IMG/VR virus record: IMGVR_UViG_3300025165_000001
Coordinates: 1-61,556 of that record
Source: a virus
Taxonomy: Duplodnaviria; Caudoviricetes
Strand: one strand, 5' to 3'
Length of the DNA: 61,556 nucleotides
Part shown: positions 1 through 9,164 of the stretch, in pieces
Layout of the letters: each line of letters begins with the position of its first letter
Position numbering within the stretch: position 1 is the first letter of the stretch
Notes under the pieces: generated by a model
What the model was told of the DNA's origin: nothing
Database searches by the model: none
What the model saw: the letters and a program-made list of their open reading frames with translations, nothing else
Translations under genes and position numbers: made by a program

Positions 1-99
1 AATCCCCTTGCGTCTCAGAAGATCATTGGCAAACGCGCTGTGAGCAAAAAGTGGCATTTTGTCATCTTGCATGATGACCAACATCTGCTCGATGGACAA
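1..99. repeat. Terminal direct repeat (copy 1), identical to 61458-61556; indicates a circular, complete genome
   Basis: First 99 nt are identical to the last 99 nt; 99 is a common assembler k-mer overlap length. Confidence 0.95.
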
Positions 100-151
100 A
101 TCTTTGAGCAGAGCAGAACTGAACAGGAATTCTTTCCAGTTTTTGAATTCT

Positions 152-403
152 TCAGGCATCGCGTAGCACCTCTTGAATCGATTCGTCGATACTTTGCCGT
201 GGATATTGTTCCCAGCATACGGGAATGCTATCAGTCCTGTGTGTTATTTTGATCATCGGCAATCCGGTTAGAAGTTGGCGTACTTCGCCACATTTGCAGA
301 CTATCTTCGCGTGAATCGGTGCTCCCATCGGAGAGTCCGGCAATGTTGGTAAGATCTCATATGGCCGTTCCGCTATAGAGAGTCCGCACTTTTTACAGTT
401 CAT
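152..403 (-). CDS. Small Cys-containing hypothetical protein (possible zinc ribbon)
   Basis: CKKC and CKC motifs; start overlaps the stop of the upstream late-operon gene. Confidence 0.5.
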   Translation of the reverse strand: MNCKKCGLSIAERPYEILPTLPDSPMGAPIHAKIVCKCGEVRQLLTGLPMIKITHRTDSIPVCWEQYPRQSIDESIQEVLRDA

Positions 404-888
404 AGCCTCACATCCATTGGTTTCTCGGTCGAAGGTGATTCCTGGCGCGCCATTGGGTGCATGCCGATATCGACACGAGTTAGAATATCGACCATCAGTT
501 TCATCTGACCGTTGCGCTCAGCAAGGGGAATTTGGCTCGGCATCCCAATGAACTCCACCGGCTTAAAGTAATTTTCAATCAGATAATCGAGCACGTCTTT
601 CCCCGACTGTGTGGTAAACGCTACTGCAAAACTACGAGCCAGAACTTCTTCACAATCTACTTCGGCTATGGTTGGCTTCCATCTTTCGCGCCACACCTTC
701 AATTGAATAGGAATTATTTTTTTGAGCTTATCGACTTCTGCCAGTTGCATTTGCAATCGGAAGTTAGATTCGTGCGCGTCTCTCATTTTTTTGGCTAGAT
801 CCTCGTATCTGTGCGCCAACTCCCGGTATTCCGCGCGAGATACGGTATCAAACAGCCAAGATTTGAGTTGGGAGAGAAGAGAATTCAT
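400..888 (-). CDS. Bbp19-like podovirus protein (gene normally between portal and scaffold)
   Basis: C-terminal FTTQSGKDVLDYL...AERNGQMKLMVDIL pattern and position downstream of the portal. Confidence 0.6.
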   Translation of the reverse strand: MNSLLSQLKSWLFDTVSRAEYRELAHRYEDLAKKMRDAHESNFRLQMQLAEVDKLKKIIPIQLKVWRERWKPTIAEVDCEEVLARSFAVAFTTQSGKDVLDYLIENYFKPVEFIGMPSQIPLAERNGQMKLMVDILTRVDIGMHPMARQESPSTEKPMDVRL

Positions 889-1262
889 TTTTCAATATCC
901 ACCTGGACTATCCCATCGGTATTTAAGCGAACGGCCACGCCTTCCGTAGAAACCCCTAGCTTCTTGAATATATATTCTGATATCGGAAAGGCTTCGCACA
1001 GTCCCAATTTTCGCAACTCCATCTTTGTCAACTTTTCAACTACCGGATATACTCGTTCTAACATTCCGGCATTGAATTCGGTTCTGTTATTTAAAAACCA
1101 TTCCCGAAAATCGTCGGTCGCGTCGGGATGGGGTAAAACAGTAATTGTAAGTCGAATGCTGCAATCGCTCATGCCGCGTTCCGTTTCCAGTTTTTTATCT
1201 GCGAGAGGACGGCAGTCATGCCATATTAGTCCAGCTAATTCTCGGAGTCTTTTCATTCTCAT
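885..1262 (-). CDS. Hypothetical protein
   Basis: ORF overlapping neighbours in the late operon. Confidence 0.5.
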   Translation of the reverse strand: MRMKRLRELAGLIWHDCRPLADKKLETERGMSDCSIRLTITVLPHPDATDDFREWFLNNRTEFNAGMLERVYPVVEKLTKMELRKLGLCEAFPISEYIFKKLGVSTEGVAVRLNTDGIVQVDIEK

Positions 1263-1668
1263 TCAAGAAAAGCCCGCAACGATCACAAGAGCCGACCGCC
1301 GTTACCCCAGTCTTGGATTCCCAATCGAGACGTTTCAGAAACTTCACGATAGCGCCGCAATCCTTGCAATGGTAGTGGTCCGAGTACATCCACTTGCTGA
1401 CTTCCTCGCGGATTTCATCTTCGATACTCATCCCGTCCATATCAACGGCTACGACCTGCGTGTCTCCAGTTGAGCCTGTAGCAATTCGGTCCCGCAAAAT
1501 CGGGTTGTGTTTTGGGTTCGCCACCCATGTGTAAAAACATTTTTCGCAACAAAATTCGGGTTCGCCGCCAATAGCGGCAATAAAAAGATTCGCAATTTTA
1601 ATGTCCATCCTGAAGTCTTGATGGGCAATCTTTTCTTTGCCACAGCCGTCACAAATTGCTTTTCTCAT
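1216..1668 (-). CDS. Cys-rich hypothetical protein (multiple CxxC)
   Basis: CDGC, CEKC, CKDC, CDRC; start coupled to the portal stop. Confidence 0.55.
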   Translation of the reverse strand: MRKAICDGCGKEKIAHQDFRMDIKIANLFIAAIGGEPEFCCEKCFYTWVANPKHNPILRDRIATGSTGDTQVVAVDMDGMSIEDEIREEVSKWMYSDHYHCKDCGAIVKFLKRLDWESKTGVTAVGSCDRCGLFLNENEKTPRISWTNMA

Positions 1669-3410
1669 TAGGCAACCGCCCCCATCTGCCCTTCCCCTTG
1701 CGGCATCATTGCCTTCACGAGAGGGGCGATTTTTCCGCCACCCTCGGCCAACGCGGACAAGTCTTGAGTCTTCTGAGCCTGTCTGGCTGCTTCGGCGCGT
1801 GAGCCGCGAATAGCGTCAATCTGTTTCTGCCCGAGCGTGGCGATCGCCGGCACACCGCGATTGCGATTGATCGTGTCGCGGTACTTGTCGAAGTCGTAGC
1901 CGTCAAGAATCCACTGGTTCGGCTGCGCTCCTGTCATCTTCCACTGATTGAGTTGCATCTGAATGATCGGCATCAAGTCCTGCATGGCCTGATTCATGGC
2001 GTCGATCTCTTCCATGCGCTGAGCGCGTGCGAGCGGAGATTCAAACCTAACTTTCGGCTGTCCGCCCTGTTGGAGAATAATATCGGGCGGGGGCGGAAAC
2101 ATTCCGGCGCGGTACAAAGTATTATGGTTGCGAGCAATGATCGGAATGCCGAATTCGAATTCCCACCGGCCGTAAGTTGGGCCAAGCATTTTCTGTACGA
2201 TGTTCTGCTTTTGCTGGAAGACGTAAACCCGCATCTCCTGCTGTCCTTCGAGCGCCATCAACTGCTGAAGCATGTCAGCGTAAAAGATCCGGCGAATCAT
2301 CGCTTGCATCTTTTCGGCGTCGATCTGGGAGAAAGAATAATTGCCAACCTGGCCGGTGATGGGCGCGATCACGTTGCCTACAGGTTCGCCGGGCGCGGTT
2401 CTCACGATCGTCTTCCCCCATGGAGTCAAATCCCTGTTGCCTATCACGGACTCGTGTCTTTGCACCAATGCTGGCTTGATTCTCAGCGTCATCGCTTCAA
2501 GATCGGCCTTCGTCGCCGCATTGAGAGTGATCAAAGTATTAAGAGCTATTTCACCGAGCCCGCGGCCGTAGGGTTCGCCGTGGCATCGCGTCCACCGCGG
2601 CACACAATCTGGAAACTCCTCGTAGCCGCTTTCGGCGACAACCTTTTTCTGATCGTAATGAACGTAGCAGGAGGCCCACGGCAACGCTTTATTGCCGTAG
2701 AGCTTCTCTCCTTGTTTGCGCGGGTAGACGCCGTGAACGAATCTGAATTCGTCGGCTCTACCGTTTTCATAAGCGGTCCTCATGTCTTCGGGAAGATTGT
2801 TCAAACCCCAGAGGTCCGCCGCAGCCTTGGCTGTCTTTCGAAGTTCCAGGTAGGTTTCGTCGACCTGGTTGAGCCCATTCTCGAAGACGACAAATCGGCC
2901 GGCCTTGTGGTGAGTGTACCGCATCCCGCGAAACCCGAACTTTTCACGGCCAACGAGCTGCGGATTCTGCTCGGCGCGCATAAGCCCGGTTCCAAACGCG
3001 ATCCAGTCCATGTCAGACTCGTAGGATTCGGGATAGAATCCGCCGTAGGTGAACTGCTTCAATCCGATGTTGCGGCACTCCTCGTACCATTCGCGGGCAT
3101 CGTCGTCTCGATTTACCATATCATTCTCGTCTTCGAGACCGTGCCAGAGTGTGCCCGGACCGTGGAGATATGATCCCATCTGGCGAACTGCGAGATCGGC
3201 CGCGCTGATTCCCTCGCTGTCGTACATGCGCGACATGAGAGCTTCGCCGGGAGCCTGACGGCTTTGGACGTTGGAGCGCGTAGGTTCGATATAGGGAGCG
3301 AGCAAGTCGATCCGCTGGCGGAAATTCGCCGCGTATTTCACGCCCTCATCGTAGCGGGCAACGACTCGCGCGCCTATGGTTTTCAGTTCTTCAGAATCGC
3401 GTTGCCGCAT
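1668..3410 (-). CDS. Portal protein (T7/BPP-1-type head-tail connector)
   Basis: 580 aa; MYDSEGISAA, FGTG, PRW..CHGEPYGRGLG and RFESPLARAQR motifs typical of T7-like connectors. Confidence 0.93.
   Translation of the reverse strand: MRQRDSEELKTIGARVVARYDEGVKYAANFRQRIDLLAPYIEPTRSNVQSRQAPGEALMSRMYDSEGISAADLAVRQMGSYLHGPGTLWHGLEDENDMVNRDDDAREWYEECRNIGLKQFTYGGFYPESYESDMDWIAFGTGLMRAEQNPQLVGREKFGFRGMRYTHHKAGRFVVFENGLNQVDETYLELRKTAKAAADLWGLNNLPEDMRTAYENGRADEFRFVHGVYPRKQGEKLYGNKALPWASCYVHYDQKKVVAESGYEEFPDCVPRWTRCHGEPYGRGLGEIALNTLITLNAATKADLEAMTLRIKPALVQRHESVIGNRDLTPWGKTIVRTAPGEPVGNVIAPITGQVGNYSFSQIDAEKMQAMIRRIFYADMLQQLMALEGQQEMRVYVFQQKQNIVQKMLGPTYGRWEFEFGIPIIARNHNTLYRAGMFPPPPDIILQQGGQPKVRFESPLARAQRMEEIDAMNQAMQDLMPIIQMQLNQWKMTGAQPNQWILDGYDFDKYRDTINRNRGVPAIATLGQKQIDAIRGSRAEAARQAQKTQDLSALAEGGGKIAPLVKAMMPQGEGQMGAVA
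2539..2573. repeat. 35-bp exact direct repeat, copy inside the portal gene (other copy 3446-3480)
   Basis: TTAAGAGCTATTTCACCGAGCCCGCGGCCGTAGGG present at both positions. Confidence 0.95.
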
Positions 3411-3594
3411 TCCTGCCTAACTCCTCTTTGAGTGCGAGACACTCCTTAAGAGCTATTTCACCGAGCCCGCGGCCGTAGGGCCGACTCATTATTAACTTTC
3501 TCTTGCGCTCGTGATAAGCCCGTGTCCAGAAGCTGCTCCCCAAACCCTGCCCGTATAGTTCGCCATTTTTACTGAGGACTCTCGACTTGCCCAT
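3391..3594 (-). CDS. Small protein containing a copy of the portal PYGRGLGEIAL motif
   Basis: GAAGGAG RBS before ATG 3594; translation includes GELYGQGLG and PYGRGLGEIAL. Confidence 0.6.
   Translation of the reverse strand: MGKSRVLSKNGELYGQGLGSSFWTRAYHERKRKLIMSRPYGRGLGEIALKECLALKEELGRNAATRF
3446..3480. repeat. 35-bp exact direct repeat, copy in the mini-ORF upstream of the portal
   Basis: Identical to 2539-2573. Confidence 0.95.
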
Positions 3595-3613
3595 AGCTAG
3601 ACTCCTTCGGCGC

Positions 3614-3913
3614 TCACTCTGCGTCAGTGCCCGATTCGTAGACAACATGAACATCTAATTCCTCAATCATGGGTTCAATCTCGGATTTGATCTGTTCAGC
3701 CAACAGGCTTGCCTCGCTCCGTGTTATCTCCGGCCCGCCCGAGATATGAATGCACACACCATGCGGGCAAACTTTGCAACTAGATTTCTGGCAGGTAACG
3801 TCAATCATTACGCCGTGCAGTAAGACATGAGCACAGAGACATCCGTCGGAACCGGCAAGATTATAAAACCCTTCGCGCTGAATCAATTTTAAAAGATAAG
3901 TAGCATCCATCAA
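3614..3913 (-). CDS. Hypothetical protein (Cys/His-rich)
   Basis: ORF coupled to upstream 3910-4113. Confidence 0.5.
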   Translation of the reverse strand: MMDATYLLKLIQREGFYNLAGSDGCLCAHVLLHGVMIDVTCQKSSCKVCPHGVCIHISGGPEITRSEASLLAEQIKSEIEPMIEELDVHVVYESGTDAE

Positions 3914-4113
3914 ACATGCGCTCCTGTTTCAACGGCTCGACGCGCCTTCTCTAAACAGAAAATAATATCATCCGGCTCAGGCCGGTCCTCAAACCACGCG
4001 ACGAAATCCCTGCCGTTCGCAAACCGCGCGGAGAGTAAATATCTAACGCCTCTTGGATTGCGACGGGCAGGAATTATCTCATGAGTGAATTCGTGAGTCT
4101 GCATAGGCTTCAC
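3910..4113 (-). CDS. Hypothetical protein
   Basis: ORF with 4-bp overlaps to its neighbours. Confidence 0.5.
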   Translation of the reverse strand: MKPMQTHEFTHEIIPARRNPRGVRYLLSARFANGRDFVAWFEDRPEPDDIIFCLEKARRAVETGAHV

Positions 4114-4301
4114 GCTCCCAGCGTGGGTTTTAGGTCTTGATAGCTCGACATCATCTGCCTGAAGCCTGCGAGATCGGTCTGTTTCGTTAGTCCGCCGGCC
4201 TCACGACGTTTCAAGTCAGCAGCCTGAGCCTTGGTGCCAGCGGTGTCCTTGGGGCGCGATATAGCATCGGGGGTGTCGGGGCTTGAAAAAAAACTCGCCA
4301 T
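4110..4301 (-). CDS. Small virion-associated protein preceding the portal
   Basis: GGAGGT RBS; MASFFSSP...KPTLGA pattern and position typical of small pre-portal genes in podoviruses. Confidence 0.6.
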   Translation of the reverse strand: MASFFSSPDTPDAISRPKDTAGTKAQAADLKRREAGGLTKQTDLAGFRQMMSSYQDLKPTLGA

Positions 4302-4446
4302 AATTACCTCCGTTTGTCGGCGACTGCCTGTGCTCTGGCAGACAGGACTGCCGATTGTAGTTTTTGTCGAAGAACGCGAACGGCGCGGTTTGGATTCATT
4401 GTAGGTGGCTTATGTTTTAACCTACTACTCTCATAACTCAGAGAAA

Positions 4447-5997
4447 TCAAGCAAGTCTGGGGTCGAAACTGTCTTCTCGATCTGAAAACCGTGGGTCATC
4501 AACAAATCTCGCGTCAAATTTTGTAACCGTTTTCGAAGGCCCGGCGGCTATTTTCTCTGCCCCGGGCGCGATACGAGACAGTAGAGCAAGAAAGGCATCG
4601 CCGATGTCTTCCCAGGGATGATTGGGCTTCTTGGGGAGATCTCGCGAGACTTTCCCAAAACGATCTTTGGGGTAGAACCACCGGCCGCCCATGGCCTTGA
4701 TGAGCGGATCGCCGTCGATCGGGTCGATGAGCAGAGCATTGTGACGCTTGAGCAGACTTGTCATGGGCGCCACGCGGGGAGGCCATTTCGTCGGTATCGG
4801 TTCGACGAAACCGCCTATCCCGCCTTCGATGGCGACAACCGAATTCGTATCCGGGTTGGATTGATCTCCGGTTTCCATCGATGGATCGAATCCATGGAGT
4901 CGGCATGTCGCCGCCTGAAAGCACCATGACGCATACTTGGCGAGCCAGGGCTTGACCTGCTCCGAGATCAAATCATAGATCCCGCCCGACCGTTGCCCGA
5001 AGCCCAGCACTGCATAGACTCGTACCTGGCCCTTGAGTTCTTGCCCGATCACACAGTACGGATGATGCCAGCCGTCCCAGCCGAAGAACATCGGCCCAGC
5101 AGACTCCATCGGGTATAGACGCTCCTTGGCAACCATTTCGTCGCGTCGAAAGTCCTGAGCCACCGACTCGCCGAGCTGGACGGAACCGAATTCTCCATGA
5201 GCCAGTCGAGCTTTTACCTGTTCATCGGTTATTGCGAGTTCGTTGCGCTTGCGGATCTCCATGCTGACGTGCGGGTTATCACCGACCGGCGCTCGAAACC
5301 ACATTCTCCTGACATCGATCTGCTTTCCTTCCCACTCAACCATCTTCGCATAGTCGGGATGATATCCGTAAAAGGGCGCAGCCTGTGGGCCAAACTTCCA
5401 GCGCTGTACGACCCAGTAATCCTCATCGGGCGGGTTCATGTTGAGAAGTCCGGGGTTCGAATACGACGGAATGCGCCGAGAAGTAAGCCCGGTCTCCCAG
5501 CTTTGCTCATCAATTCCATTGGAGCCGAGCTCCTGGGAGGGCGCCGCTTCTTCGAACGCCAAGCCAACGCACTCGGCTTTTAATCTGTCACGAGCACCCT
5601 GATCTTCAACGCCGAACATTTCCAGGACTACAAGCGGAGCCCCTGTCTGGCTCAAGAAGACTCCGAGATGGCCCTCGTCGTGCAAGCGCCAAGCGTTACC
5701 CCAAAATGGGTACAACATCGAGACGTGAGTTTTGGTAATGTGTGTACGAAAAGTATCGGCAACGTACATCCACCTGGCGGGAGTGGCAAATCCCAACTCG
5801 GCGTGACGTGAACCATGGAGAGCAATGGCGATCAGCGTGTCTTGGGTTTTTGCCTCCCCTCTCGGGCCACAGATCGCGTACTCCGAGGCCAAGCCGTCCT
5901 GCACGGCACGGACAAACGCTCCGCCTACCGGGCCTAAACTTAATTTTAACGTGCTTGAGGGTTTACTCTGGGGGGTGAGTATCGAGCGGCCGGCCAT
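4447..5997 (-). CDS. terL: Terminase large subunit
   Basis: Walker A-like GPRGEAKT, Walker B-like LAFEEA, motif III NMNPP, DNPH, nuclease FFGWDG and HPWEDIGDA. Confidence 0.88.
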   Translation of the reverse strand: MAGRSILTPQSKPSSTLKLSLGPVGGAFVRAVQDGLASEYAICGPRGEAKTQDTLIAIALHGSRHAELGFATPARWMYVADTFRTHITKTHVSMLYPFWGNAWRLHDEGHLGVFLSQTGAPLVVLEMFGVEDQGARDRLKAECVGLAFEEAAPSQELGSNGIDEQSWETGLTSRRIPSYSNPGLLNMNPPDEDYWVVQRWKFGPQAAPFYGYHPDYAKMVEWEGKQIDVRRMWFRAPVGDNPHVSMEIRKRNELAITDEQVKARLAHGEFGSVQLGESVAQDFRRDEMVAKERLYPMESAGPMFFGWDGWHHPYCVIGQELKGQVRVYAVLGFGQRSGGIYDLISEQVKPWLAKYASWCFQAATCRLHGFDPSMETGDQSNPDTNSVVAIEGGIGGFVEPIPTKWPPRVAPMTSLLKRHNALLIDPIDGDPLIKAMGGRWFYPKDRFGKVSRDLPKKPNHPWEDIGDAFLALLSRIAPGAEKIAAGPSKTVTKFDARFVDDPRFSDREDSFDPRLA

Positions 5998-6011
5998 GAA
6001 CAGAGATTAGT

Positions 6012-6275
6012 TTAAACGCTGGTTCGATGCAAATCGGGCCTCACAAATCTAACTCCATGCTTGTCGGCTTGGTGCGCTTCGAGCTCGGCCATCCCCGGAA
6101 AGGACAGATCGCACGGCATGCAGTAACGCGCGCGGCCGGCGCCGCCAACGAAGCGATACTGCGCCTTCGTAGCCTTCTTACCCTTTCGCCGCGGCCTCCC
6201 CTTCGGCCAACCCCTCTTCAGGATCCGCGTAGAGATCTTCTCGTGGCCTTCGTAGCCGGCGCGCCAGCCGCTCAT
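6012..6275 (-). CDS. AT-hook plus C2H2 zinc-finger DNA-binding protein
   Basis: KGRPRR AT-hook-like motif; C-x2-C-x3-F-x5-L-x2-H-x4-H (CMPCDLSFPGMAELEAHQADKH). Confidence 0.6.
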   Translation of the reverse strand: MSGWRAGYEGHEKISTRILKRGWPKGRPRRKGKKATKAQYRFVGGAGRARYCMPCDLSFPGMAELEAHQADKHGVRFVRPDLHRTSV

Positions 6276-6711
6276 GACTCGATCCCAAGCGCGCGACGGG
6301 CAGCAGATAAAAGACGATGCTCAGGCGTATCGCCTAAGACCCCCTCGCAATATGCCAGGGCCGCTTCCGCCGCCCGCACGTACCGGCACGCAGCGGCCAT
6401 GTCCTCAACGAGCATTGGTCCTGTGAATCTCATCCGGTCTGCCCTGCATTTGACCAGTTCGGCCTCGATTTCGTCTAGCTTGCTCATACTCCCTGCTTTC
6501 TCAAGAGGTCGGCCTTGGCCTTGAGTGGCGCCGGTTTATACCAGTTGGGATTATTGATCGTTCTGAAACCGTTAGCGTCCTGCATTCGCCAAATCGTAGT
6601 CAGATAATCTCGACATTGTTGAGTTGTGCCATCTGGAAATCGCGTGGCATGATGAGGATCTTCGATATCCGCCATCACCTGATCGATCTTTGATTTATTT
6701 TCCGATTCCAT
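6272..6711 (-). CDS. Two small hypothetical proteins (6272-6487, 6484-6711)
   Basis: Overlapping start/stop chain. Confidence 0.5.
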
Positions 6712-7048
6712 ATAGTAACTCCTTTACGTTTGCGGGAATGGCCGTTCGGGGCTTTGAGATTATAGCGACCTGTTCTTGCCATGTGACTTTTCTGGGTTCT
6801 CGATAAATGTGGGGATTGTAGGGATAACTCTCTGATTGCATCGGAAGGCTCGCTTCGCCAAGCTCAGCGATCGTGGGAAAGAATTTACAACTCCCTAAAC
6901 AATGACGAACACCGGCCGCGAATTTGTCGTCGGGAATACCTTTTAGCATTTCCCAATAAACGTCCTGGGCTTCATCGGATAGCTTCTGCGCTATAGTGTA
7001 GGCGTTGACCATCGCCGTATACTGTTGGTTGAAAAATTCTCGATTCAT
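6695..7048 (-). CDS. Replicative helicase loader/inhibitor-like protein (G39P/lambda P position)
   Basis: YWEMLKGIP...CKFFPTIAEL pattern; directly follows the initiator. Confidence 0.65.
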   Translation of the reverse strand: MNREFFNQQYTAMVNAYTIAQKLSDEAQDVYWEMLKGIPDDKFAAGVRHCLGSCKFFPTIAELGEASLPMQSESYPYNPHIYREPRKVTWQEQVAIISKPRTAIPANVKELLYGIGK

Positions 7049-7719
7049 AATCCCCTCCGTAGCATTCGTTGTGTTCGTTCACTAAGTTCACCTTCGCGTT
7101 GTCGTCCAGGTCTATCACCGTTGCGATTGAACTTCTTAGCATTGCGGAGCCAAGTACGGAACGCAGCATCCCAGTCAATGAACTGGGAACCCCTGCTTGC
7201 ATGATAATCCCTGAAGGCATCAAACTCGGTGGCCGGATCGGGTAGGTTCTTCTCTGAGGCCCAAGACATAATCGCTTCCGAAGGTTGAAACTCGGTTGGA
7301 AGCGCGCATTTGCGCGCGCTCTTAATCTTATCTTCTCTTATCTTAATTAGGTTAGGTTTGGTTAGGTTAGGTTCGGAGGGTGCCTGTTTGGCATCCCGTC
7401 TTCTGTGATATTCCCAATACTTGACTATCTCAATGCAGTCAGGACGCACTGTTATCCATGAGTTATCTGTGAAGCGTTCTAGCATCGTTCTAGCTGCGTT
7501 CTGGGCGCGTCTGTGATACATCTGAAGGGAAACTGGAGCCAAGATCGAGGCAATTTGATCCAGACTTCCAGGCACAATCCCATCATTTCGATCAGCGATC
7601 GAGAGGCATTCTTGCCAAGCAAGAGCAGCCCAATCGCCGAAATCTCTGCGAAGGGCAATTATCTCAGGATCACGATTAAAATCGTGGCTAATTGGATGGA
7701 AGCGCCGATATTTGGCCAT
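7045..7719 (-). CDS. Replication initiator (lambda O-like) with DnaT-like C-terminal domain
   Basis: GAAGGAG RBS before ATG 7719; C-terminal FRDYH..RG....DWDAAFRTWLRN; low-complexity linker encoded by 5-bp repeats. Confidence 0.75.
   Translation of the reverse strand: MAKYRRFHPISHDFNRDPEIIALRRDFGDWAALAWQECLSIADRNDGIVPGSLDQIASILAPVSLQMYHRRAQNAARTMLERFTDNSWITVRPDCIEIVKYWEYHRRRDAKQAPSEPNLTKPNLIKIREDKIKSARKCALPTEFQPSEAIMSWASEKNLPDPATEFDAFRDYHASRGSQFIDWDAAFRTWLRNAKKFNRNGDRPGRQREGELSERTQRMLRRGL
7320..7376. repeat. 5-bp tandem repeats (TCTTA)n/(GGTTA)n; probable replication origin inside the initiator gene
   Basis: cttaatcttatcttctcttatcttaattaggttaggtttggttaggttaggttcgg; origins inside O-like genes are typical of lambdoid phages. 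Confidence 0.55.
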
Positions 7720-7978
7720 AAGCTCCTTCACGAGCTGGGGGGCGGAGTGTGTGAAGCCACCCCGCCCCCGGAAGGAAAGACTCACGGTGATCAACCTGAG
7801 TCGAGAACATGAAGCAATTCCTAAACTATCCCGAAACCGATGTCAAGGGGTATCTTCAAGAGCCCACAAAAGGGCCGGCAGGTGTGCTGGGCACCGCGAT
7901 TCGGGGAGAACCGCTTGCCGGCCCATTTCTGAACTCTGTTGATTTCAGGATCTCCAGCATGGATTCAGCGTGGCTACT

Positions 7979-8215
7979 TTATACCGCGTCCCTCAGTGTT
8001 CGAAAACAAAATGGACATTCGATCGGTTCGCGATTCAGCGTCTTGTCAATGGAAAACGAGATTGCCACATGACAGCGCACGCAACTCATGGAACCTATCC
8101 CGCCGACCAGATTTCTCGCTGTCAATTTCGGCGTACCGGAAAATCGCTCGTGATACGATTCGTCATCCGAAGCGCGAGTAAACGCAAGATTTGTTATTAA
8201 ATATGGTCTTGTCAT
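7979..8215 (-). CDS. Small zinc-ribbon protein
   Basis: CVRC...CPFC. Confidence 0.5.
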   Translation of the reverse strand: MTRPYLITNLAFTRASDDESYHERFSGTPKLTARNLVGGIGSMSCVRCHVAISFSIDKTLNREPIECPFCFRTLRDAV

Positions 8216-8216
8216 G

Positions 8217-8561
8217 TCAAGCTGCGCGCTTCTTCTTCCCCAGCACGGCCGCGCGCACCGCCTGGGGGTCGAGCCCGAACCGCTCACAGATCGACACAAA
8301 AGAAAATATCCAGTCCTCATCGTCCGATTCGAACCACTCGATGGCCTCCAACCGAGGCTCTTCCTTGTGCTTGTAGGAATAGGTTCCTGCGGTGACTGCA
8401 CCGTGAATGACGTCGACGGCATCTTCGAGCACTCGGAGCATCAGCCGGTCCTCTCCGGTGAGATGCCCCACCGTTGCGCGATTTGCTTGGCGATGCTCGT
8501 AGGCGATCTCCGGGACTGCCGCGGCCAGAATTTTGTCGATGAGAATGCCGTTAACGTTCAT
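8217..8561 (-). CDS. Hypothetical phage protein
   Basis: GGGAG RBS; RLMLRVLEDA...EAIEWF...FSFVSICERFGLDP looks like a real folded domain. Confidence 0.6.
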   Translation of the reverse strand: MNVNGILIDKILAAAVPEIAYEHRQANRATVGHLTGEDRLMLRVLEDAVDVIHGAVTAGTYSYKHKEEPRLEAIEWFESDDEDWIFSFVSICERFGLDPQAVRAAVLGKKKRAA

Positions 8562-8564
8562 GGG

Positions 8565-8849
8565 TTACTCCCGGATCACGATTTCAAAACCCTCGACCCA
8601 TTCTGTTACAATGAGCAGCATGTCGGCGAACATTGGCGGCATTCGCCAGGATCGCCGCTGTATCTGCTCGACGTAGCGCGGATCCCGTAGGAGTTCACGA
8701 AAGGAATCATGGTGAATCAAAAGACGCAGCGATTCGCGCGGTGGATTGGAATTGGCAATCACCCTACAGCGAGCCTGCCAAATTTCGTCGAGTAGAGTCG
8801 ACTTACCGATCCGCTTCAAGGCGGAATCGGAGATCTCACTATCGTTCAT
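8565..8849 (-). CDS. Hypothetical protein
   Basis: GGGAG RBS before ATG 8849. Confidence 0.5.
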   Translation of the reverse strand: MNDSEISDSALKRIGKSTLLDEIWQARCRVIANSNPPRESLRLLIHHDSFRELLRDPRYVEQIQRRSWRMPPMFADMLLIVTEWVEGFEIVIRE

Positions 8850-9100
8850 TGATTGTCTCCCAGCAACGAGATGGCCGAAACATATCAGAGACGCAGAGAA
8901 GGTGTCAAGGAAAATATTTGCGCTTGACAGCAATTCGGAAAAAGAGTAGGAAGTGAATTGATGCTTGGTCAGGTGCCGACTTGCAAAGCTGAGGTCGGGG
9001 GCGCTATCACCGCCCCCACCTCCATTCCCGTGATAGGGGAACGAAATGTCTTTTCTTTCACTCAAAACTAGAATTCCAGGCGGTCAACTGCAAACCACGG

Positions 9101-9133
9101 AGCCCTTCGGCCATCTAGGCCGCGGGGCTTTTT
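9101..9133 (+). terminator. Intrinsic terminator/attenuator hairpin upstream of the methyltransferase
   Basis: AGCCCTTCGGCC-atcta-GGCCGCGGGGCT followed by TTTT. Confidence 0.6.
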
Positions 9134-9164
9134 GCGTTTGCCCTAAACAACTGAAAGGCGCGGG

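Noticed and set aside
1-99. Biological direct terminal repeat
   Set aside because: Exactly 99 bp and located inside the late operon; more consistent with an assembler overlap on a circular contig
1953-3173. 406-aa + strand ORF
   Set aside because: Antisense shadow of the portal gene with no recognisable motifs
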